From: the human T2T-CHM13v2.0 reference genome, Homo sapiens
Direction of reading: 5' to 3'
DNA: 64,000 nucleotides
Assembly: GCA_009914755.4 (NCBI GenBank)
Contig: CP068257.2
Coordinates: 1,344,001-1,408,000, forward strand
The notes beneath the pieces are model-generated. The model did no database searches and was not told where the DNA came from. It worked only from the letters and a program-made list of their open reading frames with translations. Position numbers and translations under genes: made by a program. Shown in pieces: positions 44,701-60,100 of this stretch (positions within the stretch are counted from its first letter, which is position 1; each line of letters begins with the position of its first letter).

Positions 44701-47200
44701 ACTGTACATAAAATATGAAATTACATCAAATATATATTAGGTACATAAAATATGAAAGTACATCAAATATAGATTATATACTGTACATAAAATATCAAAG
44801 TACCCCAAATATATATTATATACTCTACATGAAATATCAAAGTTCACAAACTATATATTATATACTGTACATATAATATGAAAGTACCCAAGGTATATAT
44901 TCTATACTGTACAAAAAATATCAAAGTACCAAAAGCATGTATTATATACTGTATATAAAATATGAAAGTACATTAAATATATATTTTATTCTGTACATAA
45001 AATATCAAAGTACACCAGATATATATTCTATAGTGTACATAAAATAACAAAGTACACAAACTATAAATTATATACTGTACATAAAATATGAAATTACATC
45101 AAATATATATTAGATACATAAAATATGAAAGTACATCAAATATAGATTATATACTGTACATATAATATCAATGTACCCCAAATATATATTTTATACTCTA
45201 CATGAAATATCAAAGTTCACAAACGATACATTATATACTGTACATAAAATATCAAAGTACCCAAGGTATATATTCTATAGTGTACAAAAAATATCAAAGT
45301 ACCCAAAGCATGTATTATATACTGTACATAAAATATGAAAGTACATCAAATATATATTTTATTCTGTACATAAAATATCAAAGTACACCAGATATATATT
45401 CTATAGTGTACATAAAATATCAAAGTACCCAAACTATACATTATATACTGTACATAAAATATGAAATTACATCAAATATATATTATATTAGGTACATAAA
45501 ATATGAAAGTACATCAAATATAGATTATATACTGTACATAAAATATCAAAGTACCCCAAATATATATTATATACTGTACATGAAATATCAAAGTTCACAA
45601 CTATATATTATATACTGTACATAAAATATCAAAGTCCCCAAGGTATATATTCTATACTGTACAAAAAATATCAAAGTACCCAAAGCATGTATTATATACT
45701 GTACATAAAATATGAAATTACATCAAATATATATTATATTGGGTACATAAAATATGAAAGTACATCAAATATAGATTATATACTGTACATAAAATATCAA
45801 AGTACCCCAAATATATATTATATACTGTATATGAAATATCAAAGTTCACAACTATATATTACATACTGTACATAAAATATCAAAGTACCCAATTTATATA
45901 TTCTATACTGTACAAAAAATATCAAAGTACGAAAGCATGTATTATATACTGTACATAAAATATGAAACTACATCAAATATATATTTTATTCTGTACATAA
46001 AATATCAAAGTACAGAAGATATATATTCTATAGTGTATATAAAATATCAAAGTACCCAAACTATACATTATATACTGTACATAAAATATGAAATTACATC
46101 AAATATGTATTATATTAGGTACATAAAATATGAAAGTACATGAAATATAGATTATATACTGTACATAAAATATCAAAGTACCCCAAATTTATATTATATA
46201 CTATAGATGAAATATCAAAGTTCACAAACTATATATTATATACTGTACATAAAATATCAAAGTACCCAAGGTATATATTCTATAGTGTCCAAAAAATATC
46301 AAAGTACCCAAAGCATGTATTATATACTGTACATAAAATATAAAATTACATCAAATATATATTTTATTCTGTACATAAAATATCAAAGTACACCAGATAT
46401 ATATACTATAGTGTACATAAAATATCAAAGTACCCAAACTATACATTATACACTGTACATATAATATGAAATTACATCAAATATATATTAGGTACATAAA
46501 ATATGAAAGTACATCAAATATAGATTATATACTGTACATATAATATCAATGTACCCCAAATATATATTTTATACTCTACATGAAATATCAAAGTTCACAA
46601 ACCATATATTATATAATGTACATAAAATATCAAAGTACCCAAGGTATATATTCTATACTGTACAAAACATATCAAAGTACCCAAACCATTTATTATATAC
46701 TGTACATAAAATATGAAACTACATCAAATATATATTTTATTCTGTACATAAAATATCAAAGTACACCAGATATATATTCTATAGTGTACATAAAATATCA
46801 AAGTACCCAAACTATACATTATATACTGTACATAAAATATGAAATTACATCAAATATATTTTATATTAGGTACATAAAATATGAAAGTACATCAAATATA
46901 GATTATATACTGTACATTAAATACCAAAGTACCCCAAATATATATTTCATACTGTACATGAAATATCAAAGTTCACACACGATATATTATATACTGTACA
47001 TAAAATATCAAAGTACCCAAGGTATATATTCTATACTGTACAAAAAATATCAAAGTACCCAAAGCATGTATTATATACTGTACATAAAATATGAAAGTAC
47101 ATCAAATATATATTTTATTCTGTACATAAAATATCAAAGTACACCAGATATATATTCTATAGTGTACCTAAAATAACAAAGTACACAAACTATACATTAT
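41600..47200 (+). repeat. Divergent HOR subfamily domain, first block; contains 6-monomer (about 251 bp) and 8-monomer HORs
   Basis: Diagnostic variants: D with a 1-bp deletion (ttcacaaccatat / ttcacaactatat), E cccaatttatatattc, H gtacagaaggtatatattctatagtgtatat, C ccccaaatttatatt, G with aaataaatattttattct. A monomers start at 41497, 41748 (+251), 42125 (+377), 42503 (+378) and 42876 (+373). At 41706-41747, F is followed directly by A at 41748. Confidence 0.8.
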
Positions 47201-50200
47201 ATACTGTACATAAAATATGAAATTACATCAAATATATATTATATTAGGTACATAAAATATGAAAGTACATCAAATATAGATTATACACTGTACATAAAAT
47301 ATCAATGTACCCCAAATATATATTTTATACTCTACATGAAATACCAAAGTTCACAAACCATACATTATATACTGTACATAAAATATCAAAGTACCCAAGG
47401 TATATATTCTATACTGTACAAAAAATATCAAAGTACCCAAAGCATGTATTATATACTGTACATAAAATATGAAAGTACATCAAATATATATTTTATTCTG
47501 TACATAAAATATCAAAGTACACCAGATATATATTCTATAGTGTACATAAAATATCAAAGTACCCAAACTATACATTATATACTGTACATAAAATATGAAA
47601 TTACATCAAATATATATTATATTAGGTACATAAAATATGAAAGTACATCAAATATAGATTATATACTGTACATAAAATATCAAAGTACCCCAAATATATA
47701 TTATATACTCTACATGAAATATCAAAGTTCACAAACTATATATTATATACTGTACATAAAATATCAAAATACCCAAGGTATATATTCTATAATGTACAAA
47801 AAATATCAAAGTACCCAAAGCGTGTATTATATACTGTATATAAAATATGAAATTACATCAAATATATATTTTATTCTGTACATAAAATATCAAAGTACAC
47901 TAGATATATATTCTATAGTGTACATAAAATATCAAAGTACCCAAACTATACATTATATACTGTACATAAAATATGAAATTACATCAAATATATATTATAT
48001 TAGGTACATAAAATATGAAAGTACATCAAATATAGATTATATACTGTACATTAAATACCAAAGTACCCCAAATATATATTTTATACTGTACATGAAATAT
48101 CAAAGTTCACAAACTATATATTATATACTGTACATAAAATATCAAAGTACCCAAGGTATATATTCTATACTGTACAAAAAATATCAAAGTACCCAAAGCA
48201 TGTATTATATACTGTACCTAAAATATGAAAGTACATCAAATATATATTTTATTCTGTACATAAAATATCAAAGTACACCAGATATATATTCTATAGTGTA
48301 CATAAAATATCAAAGTACCCAAACTATACATTATATACTGTACATAAAATATGAAATTACATCAAATATATTTTATATTAGGTACATAAAATATGAAAGT
48401 ACATCAAATATAGATTATATACTGTACATTAAATACCAAAGTACCCCAAATATATATTTTATGCTGTACATGAAATATCAAAGTTCACAAACTATATATT
48501 ATATACTGTACATAAAATATCAAAGTACCCAAGGTATATATTCTATACTGTACAAAAAATATCAAAGTACCCAAAGCTTGTATTATATACTGTACATAAA
48601 ATATGAAAGTACACCAAATATATATTTTATTTTTTACATAAAATACCAAAGTACACCAGATATATATTCTATAGTGTACATAAAATAACAAAGTACACAA
48701 ACTATAAATTATATACTGTACATAAAATATGAAATTACATCAAATATATATTAGGTACATAAAATATGAAAGTACATCAAATATAGATTATATACTGTAC
48801 ATAAAATATCAATGTACCGCAAATATATATTTTATACTCTACATGAAATATCAAAGTTCACAAACCATATATTATATACTGTACATAAAATATCAAAGTA
48901 CCCAAGGTATATATTCTATACTGTACAAAAAATATCAAAGTACCCAAAGCATGTATTATATACTGTACATAAAATATGAAAGTACACCAAATATATATTT
49001 TATTCTGTACATAAAATATCAAAGTACACCAGATATATATTCTATAGTGTACATAAAATATCAAAGTACCCAAACTATACATTATATACTGTACATAAAA
49101 TATGAAATTACATCAAATATATATTAGGTACATAAAATATGAAAGTACATCAAATATAGATTATATACTGTACATAAAATATCAATGTACAACTAATATA
49201 TATTTTATACTCTACATGAAATATCAAAGTTCACAAACTATATATTATATAATGTTCATAAAATATCAAAGTACCCAAGGTATATATTCTATACTGTACA
49301 AAAAATATCAAAGTACCCAAAGCATGTATTATATACTGTACATAAAACATGAAAGTACATCAAATATATATTTTATTCTGTACATAAAATATCAAAGTAC
49401 ACCAGATATATTTTCTATAGTGTACATAAAATATCAAAGTACCCAAACTATACATTATATACTGTACATAAAATATGAAATTACATCAAATATATATTAT
49501 ATTAGGTACATAAAATATGAAAGCACATGAAATATAGATTATATACTGTACATTAAATACCAAAGTACCCCAAATATATATTTTATACTGTACATGAAAT
49601 ATCAAAGTTCCCAAACTATATATTATATACTGTACATAAAATATCAAATACCCAAGGTATATATTCTATACTGTACAAAAAATATCAAAGTACCCAAAAC
49701 ATGTATTATAAACTGTACATAAAATATGAAAGTACATCAAATATATATTTTATTCTGTACATGAAATATCAAAGTACACCACATATATATTCTATAGTGT
49801 ACATAAAATATCAAAGTACCCAAACTATACATTATATACTCTACATAAAATATGAAATTACATCCAATATATATTATATTAGGTACATAAAATATGAAAG
49901 TACATCAAATATAGATTATATACTGTACATTAAATACCCAAGTACCCCAAATATATATTTTGTACTGTACATGAAATATCAAAGTTCACAAACTATGTAT
50001 TATATACTGTACATAAAATATCAAAGTACCCAAGGTATATATTCTATACTGTACAAAAAATATCAAAGTACCCAAAGCATGTATTATAAACTGTACATAA
50101 AATATGAAAGTACATCAACTATATATTTTATTCTGTACATAAAATATCAAAGTACACCACATATATATTCTATAGTGTACATAAAATAACAAAGTGCACA

Positions 50201-53096
50201 AACTATAAATTATATACTGTACATAAAATATGAGATTACATCAAATATATATTATATTAGGTACATAAAATATGAAAGTACATCAAATATAGATTATATA
50301 CTGTACATAAAATATCAAAGTACCCCAAATATATATTATATACTCTACATGAAATATCAAAGTTCACAAACTATGTATTATATACTGTACATAAAATATC
50401 AAAGTACACAAGGTATATATTCTATACTGTACAAAAAATATCAAAGTACCCAAAGCATGTATTACATACTGTATACAAAATATGAAAATACATTAAATAT
50501 ATATTTTATTCTGTACATAAAATATCAAAGTACACCAGATATGTATTCTATAGTGTACATAAAATAACAAAGTACACAAACTATAAATTATATACTGTAC
50601 ATAAAATATGAAATTACATCAAATATATATTAGGTACATAAAATATGAAAGTACATCAAATATAGATTATATACTGTACATATAATATCAATGTACCCCA
50701 AATATATATTTTATACTCTACATGAAATATCAAAGTTCACAAACCATACATTATATACTGTACATAAAATATCAAAGTACCCAAGGTATATATTCTATAC
50801 TGTACCAAAAATATCAAAGTACCCAAAGCATGTATTATATACTGTACATAAAATATGAAAGTACATCAAATATATATTTTATTCTGTACATAAAATATCA
50901 AAGTACACCAGATATATATTCTGTAGTGTACATAAAATATCAAAGTACCCAAACTATACAGTATATACTGTACATAAAATATGAAATTACATCAAATATA
51001 TATTAGGTACATAAAACATGAAAGTATATCAAATATAGATTATATACTGTACATATAATATCAATGAACCCCAAATATATATTTTATACTCTACATGAAA
51101 TATCAAAATTCACAAACCATATATTATATACTGTACATAAAATATCAAAGTACCCAAGGTATATATTCTATACTGTACAAAAAATATCAAAGTACCCAAA
51201 GCATGTATTATATACTGTACATAAAATATGAAAGTACATCAAATATATATTTTATTCTGTACATAAAATATCAAAGTACACCAGATATATATTCTATAGT
51301 GTACATAAAATATCAAAGTACCCAAACTATACATTATATACTGTACATAAAATATGAAATTACATCAAATATATATTATATTAGGTACATAAAATATGAA
51401 AGCACATCAAATATAGATTATATACTGTACATTAAATACCAAAGTACCCCAAATATATATTTTATACTGTACATCAAATATCAAAGTTCACAAACTATAT
51501 ATTATATACTGTACATAAAATATCAAAGTACCCAACGTATATATTCTATACTGCACAAAAAATATCAAAGTACCCAAAGCATGTATTATATACTGTACAT
51601 AAAATATGAAAGTACATCAAATATATATTTTATTCTGTACATAAAACATCAAAGTACACCAGATATATATTCTATAGCGTACATAAAATATCAAAGTACC
51701 CAAACTATACATTATACACTGTACATAAAATATGAAATTACATCAAATATATATTATATTAGGTACATAAAATATGAAAGTACATCAAATATAGATTATA
51801 TACTGTACATAAAATATCAAAGTACCCCAAAGATATATTATATACTCTACATGAAATATCAAAGTTCACAAACTATATATTATATACTGTACATAAAATA
51901 TCAAAGTACCCAAGGTATATATTCTATACTGTACAAAAAATATCAAAGTACCCAAAGCATGTATTATATACTGTATATAAAATATGAAAGTACATCAAAT
52001 ATATATTTTATTCTGTACATAAAATATCAAAGTACACCAGATATATATTCTATAGTGTACATAAAATAACAAAGTACACAAACTATAAATTATATACTGT
52101 ACATAAAATATGAAATTACATCAAATATATATTAGGTACATAAAATATGAAAGTACATCAAATATAGATTATATACTGTACATATAATATCAATGTACCC
52201 CAAATATATATTTTATACTCTACATGAAATATCAAAGTTCACAAACCATATATTATATACTGTACATAAAATATCAAAGTACCCAAGGTATATATTCTAT
52301 ACTATACAAAAAATATCAAAGTACCCAAAGCATGTATTATATACTGTACATAAAATATGAAAGTACATCAAATATATATTTTATTCTGTACACAAAATAT
52401 CAAAGTACACCAGATATATATTCTATAGTGTACATAAAATATCAAAGTACCCAAACTATACATTATACACTGTACATAAAATATGAGATTACATCAAATA
52501 TATATTATATTAGGTACATAAAATATGAAAGTACATCAAATATAGATTATATACTGTACATAAAATATCAAAGTACCCCAAATATATATTATATACTCTA
52601 CATGAAATATCAAAGTTCACAAACTATATATTATATACTGTACTTAAAATATCAAAGTACCCAAGGTATATATTCTATACTGCACAAAAAATATCTAAGT
52701 ACCCAAAGCATGTATTATATACTGTATATAAAATATGAAAGTACATCAAATATATATTTTATTCTGTACATAAAATATCAAAGTACACCAGATATATATT
52801 CTATAGTGTACATATAATAACAAAGTACACAAACTATAAATTATATACTGTACATAAAATATGAAATTACATCAAATATATATTAGGTACATAAAATATG
52901 AAAGTACATCAAATATAGATTATGTACTGTACATAAAATATCAATGTACCCCAAATATATATTTTATACTCTACATGAAATATCAAAGTTCACAAACCAT
53001 ATATTATATACTGTACATAAAATATCAAAGTAACCAAGGCATATATTCTATACAGTACAAAAAATATCAAAGTACCCAAAGCATGTATTATATACT

Positions 53097-53222
53097 GTAC
53101 ATAAAATATGAAACTACATCAAATATATATTTTATTCTGGACAAAAAATATCAAAGTACACCAGACATATTTTCTATAGTGTACATAAAATATCAAAGTA
53201 CCAAAAGCATGTATTATATACT
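53097..53222 (+). repeat. Irregular HOR: 126-bp (3-monomer) insertion containing two chimeric monomers
   Basis: G at 53097-53138. Then 53139-53180 ggacaaaaaatatcaaagtacaccagacatattttctatagt, an F-type head joined to an H-type tail. Then 53181-53222 gtacataaaatatcaaagtaccaaaagcatgtattatatact, an E/H/I-type head joined to an F-type tail. Then G, H and I resume from 53223. Confidence 0.75.
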
Positions 53223-56200
53223 GTACATAAAATATGAAAGTACATCAAATATATATTTTATTCTGTACATAAAATATCAAAGTACACCAGATATATATTC
53301 TATAGTGTACATAAAATATCAAAAGTACCCAAACTATACATTATATACTGTACATAAAATATGAACTTACATCAAATATATATTATATTAGGTACATAAA
53401 ATATGAAAGTACATCAAATATAGATTATATACTGTACATTAAATACCAAAGTACCCCAAATATATATTTTATACTCTACATGTAATATCAAAGTTCACAC
53501 ACTATATATTATATACTGTACATAAAATATCAAAGTACCCAAGGTATATATTCTATACTGTACAAAAAACATCAAAGTACCCAAAGCATGTATTATATAC
53601 TGTACATAAAATATGAAAGTACATCAAATATATATTTTATTCTGTACATAAAATATCAAAGTACACCAGATATATATTCTATAGTGTATATAAAATATCA
53701 AAGTACCCAAACTATACATTATATACTGTACATAAAATATGAAATTACATCAAATATATATTATATTAGGTACATAAAATATGAAAGTACATCAAATATA
53801 GATTATATACTGTACATAAAATATCAAAGTACCCCAAAGATATATTATATACTCTACATGAAATATCAAAGTTCACAAACTATATATTATATACTGTACA
53901 TAAAATATCAAAGTACCCAAGGTATATATTCTATACTGTACAAAAAATATCAAAGTACCCAAAGCATGTATTATATACTGTATATAAAATATGAAAGTAC
54001 ATCAAATATATATTTTATTCTGTACATAAAATATCAAAGTACACCAGATATATATTCTATAGTGTACATAAAATAACAAAGTACACAAACTATAAATTAT
54101 ATACTGTACATAAAATATGAAATTACATCAAATATATATTAGGTACATAAAATATGAAAGTACATCAAATATAGATTATATACTGTACATATAATATCAA
54201 TGTACCCCAAATATATATTTTATACTCTACATGAAATATCAAAGTTCACAAACCATATATTATATACTGTACATAAAATATCAAAGTACCCAAGGTATAT
54301 ATTCTATACTATACAAAAAATATCAAAGTACCCAAAGCATGTATTATATACTGTACATAAAATATGAAAGTACATCAAATATATATTTTATTCTTTACAT
54401 AATATATCAAAGTACACCAGATATATATTCTATAGTGTACATAAAATATCAAAGTACCCAAACTATACATTATATACTGTACATAAAATATGAGATTACA
54501 TCAAATATATATTATATTAGGTACATAAAATATGAAAGTACATCAGATATAGATTATATACTGTACATAAAATATCAAAGTACCCCAAATATATATTATA
54601 TACTCTACATGAAATATCAAAGTTCACAAACTATATATTATATAATGTACATAAAATATCAAAGTACCCAAGGTATATATTCTATACTGTACAAAAGATA
54701 TCAAAGTACCCAAAGCACGTATTATATACTGTACATAAAATATGAAAGTACATCAAATATATATTTTATTCTGTACATAAAATATCAAAGTACACCAGAT
54801 ATATATTCTATAGTGTACATAAAATAACAAAGTACACAAACTATAAATTATATACTGTACGTAAAATATGAAATTACATCAAATATATATTAGGTACATA
54901 AAATATGAAAGTACATCAAATATAGATTATATACTGTACATATAATATCAATGTACCCCAAATATATATTTTATACTCTACATGAAATATCAAAGTTCAG
55001 AAACCATATATTATATATTGTACATAAAATATCAAAGTACCCAAGGTATATATTCTATACTGTACAAAAAATATCAAAGTACCCAAAGCATGTATTATAT
55101 ACTGTACATAAAATATGAAAGCACATCAAATATATATTTTATTCTGTACATAAAACATCAAAGTACACCAGATATATATTCTATACTGTACAAAAAATAT
55201 CAAAGTACCCAAAGCATGTATTATATACTGTACATAAAATATGAAATTACATCAAATATATATTATATTAGGTACATAAAATATGAAAGCACATCAAATA
55301 TAGATTATATACTGTACATTAAATACCAAAGTAACACAAATATATATTTTATACTGTACATCAAATATCAAAGTTCACAAACTATATATTATATACTGTA
55401 CATAAAATATCAAAGTACCCAAGGTATATATTCTATACTGTACAAAAAATATCAAAGTACCCAAAGCATGTATTATATACTGTACATAAAATATGAAAGT
55501 ACATCAAATATATATTTTATTCTGTACATAAAATATCAAAGTACACCAGATATATATTCTATAGTGTACATAAAATATCAAAGTACCCAAACTATACATT
55601 ATATACTGTACATAAAATATGAAATTACATCAAATATATATAATATTAGCTACATAAAATATGAAAGTTCATCAGATATAGATTATATACTGTACATAAA
55701 ATATCAAAGTACCCCAAGTATATATTATATTCTCTACATGAAATATCAAAGTTCACAAACTATATATTATATACTGTACATAAAATATCAAATTACCCAT
55801 GGTATATATTCTATACTGTACAAAAAATATCAAAGTACCCAAAGCATGTATTATATACTGTATACAAAATATGAAAATACATTAAATATATATTTTATTC
55901 TGTACATAAAATATCAAAGTACACCAGATATGTATTCTATAGTGTACATAAAATAACAAAGTACACAAACTATAAATTATATACTGTACGTAAAATATGA
56001 AATTACATCAAATATATATTAGGTACATAAAATATGAAAGTACATCAAATATAGATTATATACTGTACATATAATATCAATGTACCCCAAATATATATTT
56101 TATACTCTACATGAAATATCAAAGTTCACAAACCATACATTATATACTGTACATAAAATATCAAAGTACCCAAGGTATATATTCTATACTGTACGAAAAA

Positions 56201-57199
56201 TATCAAAGTACCCAAAGCGTGTATTATATACTGTACATAAAATAAGAAAGTACATCAAATATATATTTTATTCTGTACATAAAATATCAAAGTACACCAG
56301 ATATATATTCTATAGTGTACATAAATTATCAAAGTACCCAAACTATACATTATATACTGTACATAAAATATGAAATTACATCAAATATATATTAGGTACA
56401 TAAAATATGAAAGTATATCAAATATAGATTATATACTGTACATATAATATCAATGTACCCCAAATATATATTTTCTACTCTACATGAAATATCAAAATTC
56501 ACAAACTATATATTATATACTGTAAATAAAATATCAAAGTACCCAAGGTATATATTCTATACTGTACAAAAAATATCAAAGTACCCAAAGCATGTATTAT
56601 ATACTGTACATAAAATATGAAAGTACATCAAATATATATTTTATTCTGTACATAAAATATCAAAGTACACCAGATATATATTCTATAGTGTACATAAAAT
56701 ATCAAAGTACCCAAACTATACATTATATACTGTACATAAAATATGAAATTACATAAAATATATATTATATTAGGTACATAAAATATGAAAGTACATCAAA
56801 TATAGATTATATACTGTACATTAAATACCAAAGTACCCCAAATATATATTTTATACTCTACATGAAATATCAAAGTTCACAAACCATATATTATTTACTG
56901 TACATAAAATATCAAAGTACCCAAGGTATATATTCTATACTGTACAAAAAATATCAAAGTACCGAAAGCATGTATTATATACTGTATATAAAATATGAAA
57001 GTACATTAAATATATATTTTGTTCTGTACATAAAATATCAAAGTACACCAGATATATATTCTATAGTTTACATAAAATAACAAAGTACACCAACTATAAA
57101 TTATATACTGTACATAAAATATGAAATTACATCAAATATATATTAGGTACATAAAATATGAAAGTACATCAAATATAGATTATATACTGTACATATAAT

Positions 57200-60100
57200 A
57201 TCAATGTACCCCAAATATATATTTTATACTCTACATGAAATATCAAAGTTCACAAACCATACATTATATACTGTACATAAAATATCAAAATACCCAAGGT
57301 ATATATTCTATAGTGTACAAAAAATATCAAAGTACCCAAAGCATGTATTATATACTGTACATAAAATATGAAAGTACATCAAATATATATTTTATTCTGT
57401 ACATAAAATATCAAAGTACACCAGATATATATTCTATAGTGTACATAAAATATCAAAGTACCCAAACTATACATTATATACTGTACATAAAATATGAAAT
57501 TACATCAGATATATATTATATTAGGTACATAAAATATGAAAGTACATCAAATATAGATTATATACTGTACATAAAATATCAAAGTACCCCAAATATATAT
57601 TATATACTGTACATGAAATATCAAAGTTCACAACTATATATTATATACTATACATAAAATATCAAAGTACCCAAGGTATATATTCTATACTGTACAAAAA
57701 ATATCAAAGTACCCAAAGCATGTATTATATACTGTACATAAAATATGAAATTACATCAAATATATATTATATTAGGTACATAAAATATGAAAGTACATCA
57801 AATATAGATTATATACTGTACATAAAATATCAAAGTACCCCAAATATATATTATATACTGTACATGAAATATCAAAGTTCACAACTATATATTACATACT
57901 GTACTTAAAATATCAAAGTACCCAATTTATATATTCTATACTGTACAAAAAATATCAAAGTACCCAAAGCATGTATTATATACTGTACATAAAATATGAA
58001 AGTACATCAAATATATATTTTATTCTGTACATAAAATATCAAAGTACAGAAGGTATATATTCTATAGTGTATATAAAATATCAAAGTACCCAAAATATAC
58101 ATTATATACTGTACATAAAATATGAAATTACATCAAATATGTATTATATTAAGTACATAAAATATGAAAGTACATGAAATATAGATTATATACTGTACAT
58201 AAAATATCAAAGTACCCCAAATTTATATTATATACTATACATGAAATATCAAAGTTCACAAACTATATATTATATACTGTACATAAAATATCAAAGTACC
58301 CAAGGTATATATTCTATAGTGTACAAAAAATATCAAATTACCCAAAGCATGTATTATATACTGTACATAAAATATAAAATTACATCAAATAAATATTTTA
58401 TTCTGTACATAAAATATCAAAGTACACCAGATATATATACTATAGTGTACATAAAATATCAAAGTACCCAAACTATACATTATACACTGTACATATAATA
58501 TGAAATTACATCAAATATATATTAGGTACATAAAATATGAAAGTACATCAAATATAGATTATATACTGTACATATAATATCAATGTACCCCAAATATATA
58601 TTTTATACTCTACATGAAATATCAAAGTTCACAAACCATATATTATATACTGTACATAAAATATCAAAGTACCCAAGGTATATATTCTATACTGTACAAA
58701 ACATATCAAAGTACCCAAAGCATTTATTATATACTGTACATAAAATATGAAACTACATCAAATATATATTTTATTCTGTACATAAAATATCAAAGTACAC
58801 CAGATATATATTCTATAGTGTACATAAAATATCAAAGTACCCAAACTATACATTATATACTGTACATAAAATATGAAATTACATCAAATATATTTTATAT
58901 TAGGTACATAAAATATGAAAGTACATCAAATATAGATTATATACTGTACATTAAATACCAAAGTACCCCAAATATATATTTTATACTGTACATGAAATAT
59001 CAAAGTTCACACACTATATATTATATACTGTACATAAAATATCAAAGTACCCAAGGTATATATTCTATACTGTACAAAAAATATCAAAGTACCCAAAGCA
59101 TGTATTATATACTGTACATAAAATATGAAAGTACATCAAATATATATTTTATTCTGTACATAAAATATGAAAGTACACCAGATATATATTCTATAGTGTA
59201 CACAAAATAACAAAGTACACAAACTATAAATTATATACTGTACATAAAATATGAAATTACATCAAATATATATTAGGTACATAAAATATGAAAGTACATC
59301 ACATATAGATTATATACTGAACACATAATATCAATGTACCCCAAATATATATTTTATACTCTACATGAAATATCAAAGTTCAGAAACCATACATTATATA
59401 CTGTACATAAAATATCAAAGTACCCAAGGTATATATTCTATACTGTACAAAAAATATCAAAGTACCCAAGGCATGTATTATATACTGTACATAAAATATG
59501 AAAGTACATCAAATATATATTTTATTCTGTACATAAAATATCAAAGTACACCAGATATATATTCTATAGTGTACATAAAATATCAAAGTACCCAAACTAT
59601 ACATTATATACTGTACATAAAATATGAAATTACATCAAATATATATTAGGTACATAAAATATGAAAGTACATCAAATATAGATTATATACTGTACATAAA
59701 ATATCAAAGTACCCCAAATATATATTATATACTCTACATGAAATATCAAAGTTCACAAACTATATATTATATACTGTACATAAAATATCAAAGTACCCAA
59801 GGTATATATTCTATACTGTGCGAAAAATATCAAAGTACCCAAAGCATGTATTATATACTGTATATAAAATATGAAAATACATCAAATATATATTTTATTC
59901 TGTACATAAAATATCAAAGTACACCAGATATATATTCTATAGTGTACATAAAATAACAAAGTACACAAACTATAAATTATATACTGTACATAAAATATGA
60001 AATTACATCAAATATATATTAGGTACATAAAATATGAAAGTACATCAAATATAGATTATATACTGTACATATAATATCAATGTACCCCAAAAATATATTT

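Noticed and set aside
48570-48640. A cluster of unusual variants as a possible boundary element: aagcttg creating a HindIII site, atgaaagtacaccaaatat, and ttattttttacat.
   Set aside because: These are ordinary private point mutations within a single otherwise canonical HOR copy. The flanking HORs are canonical.
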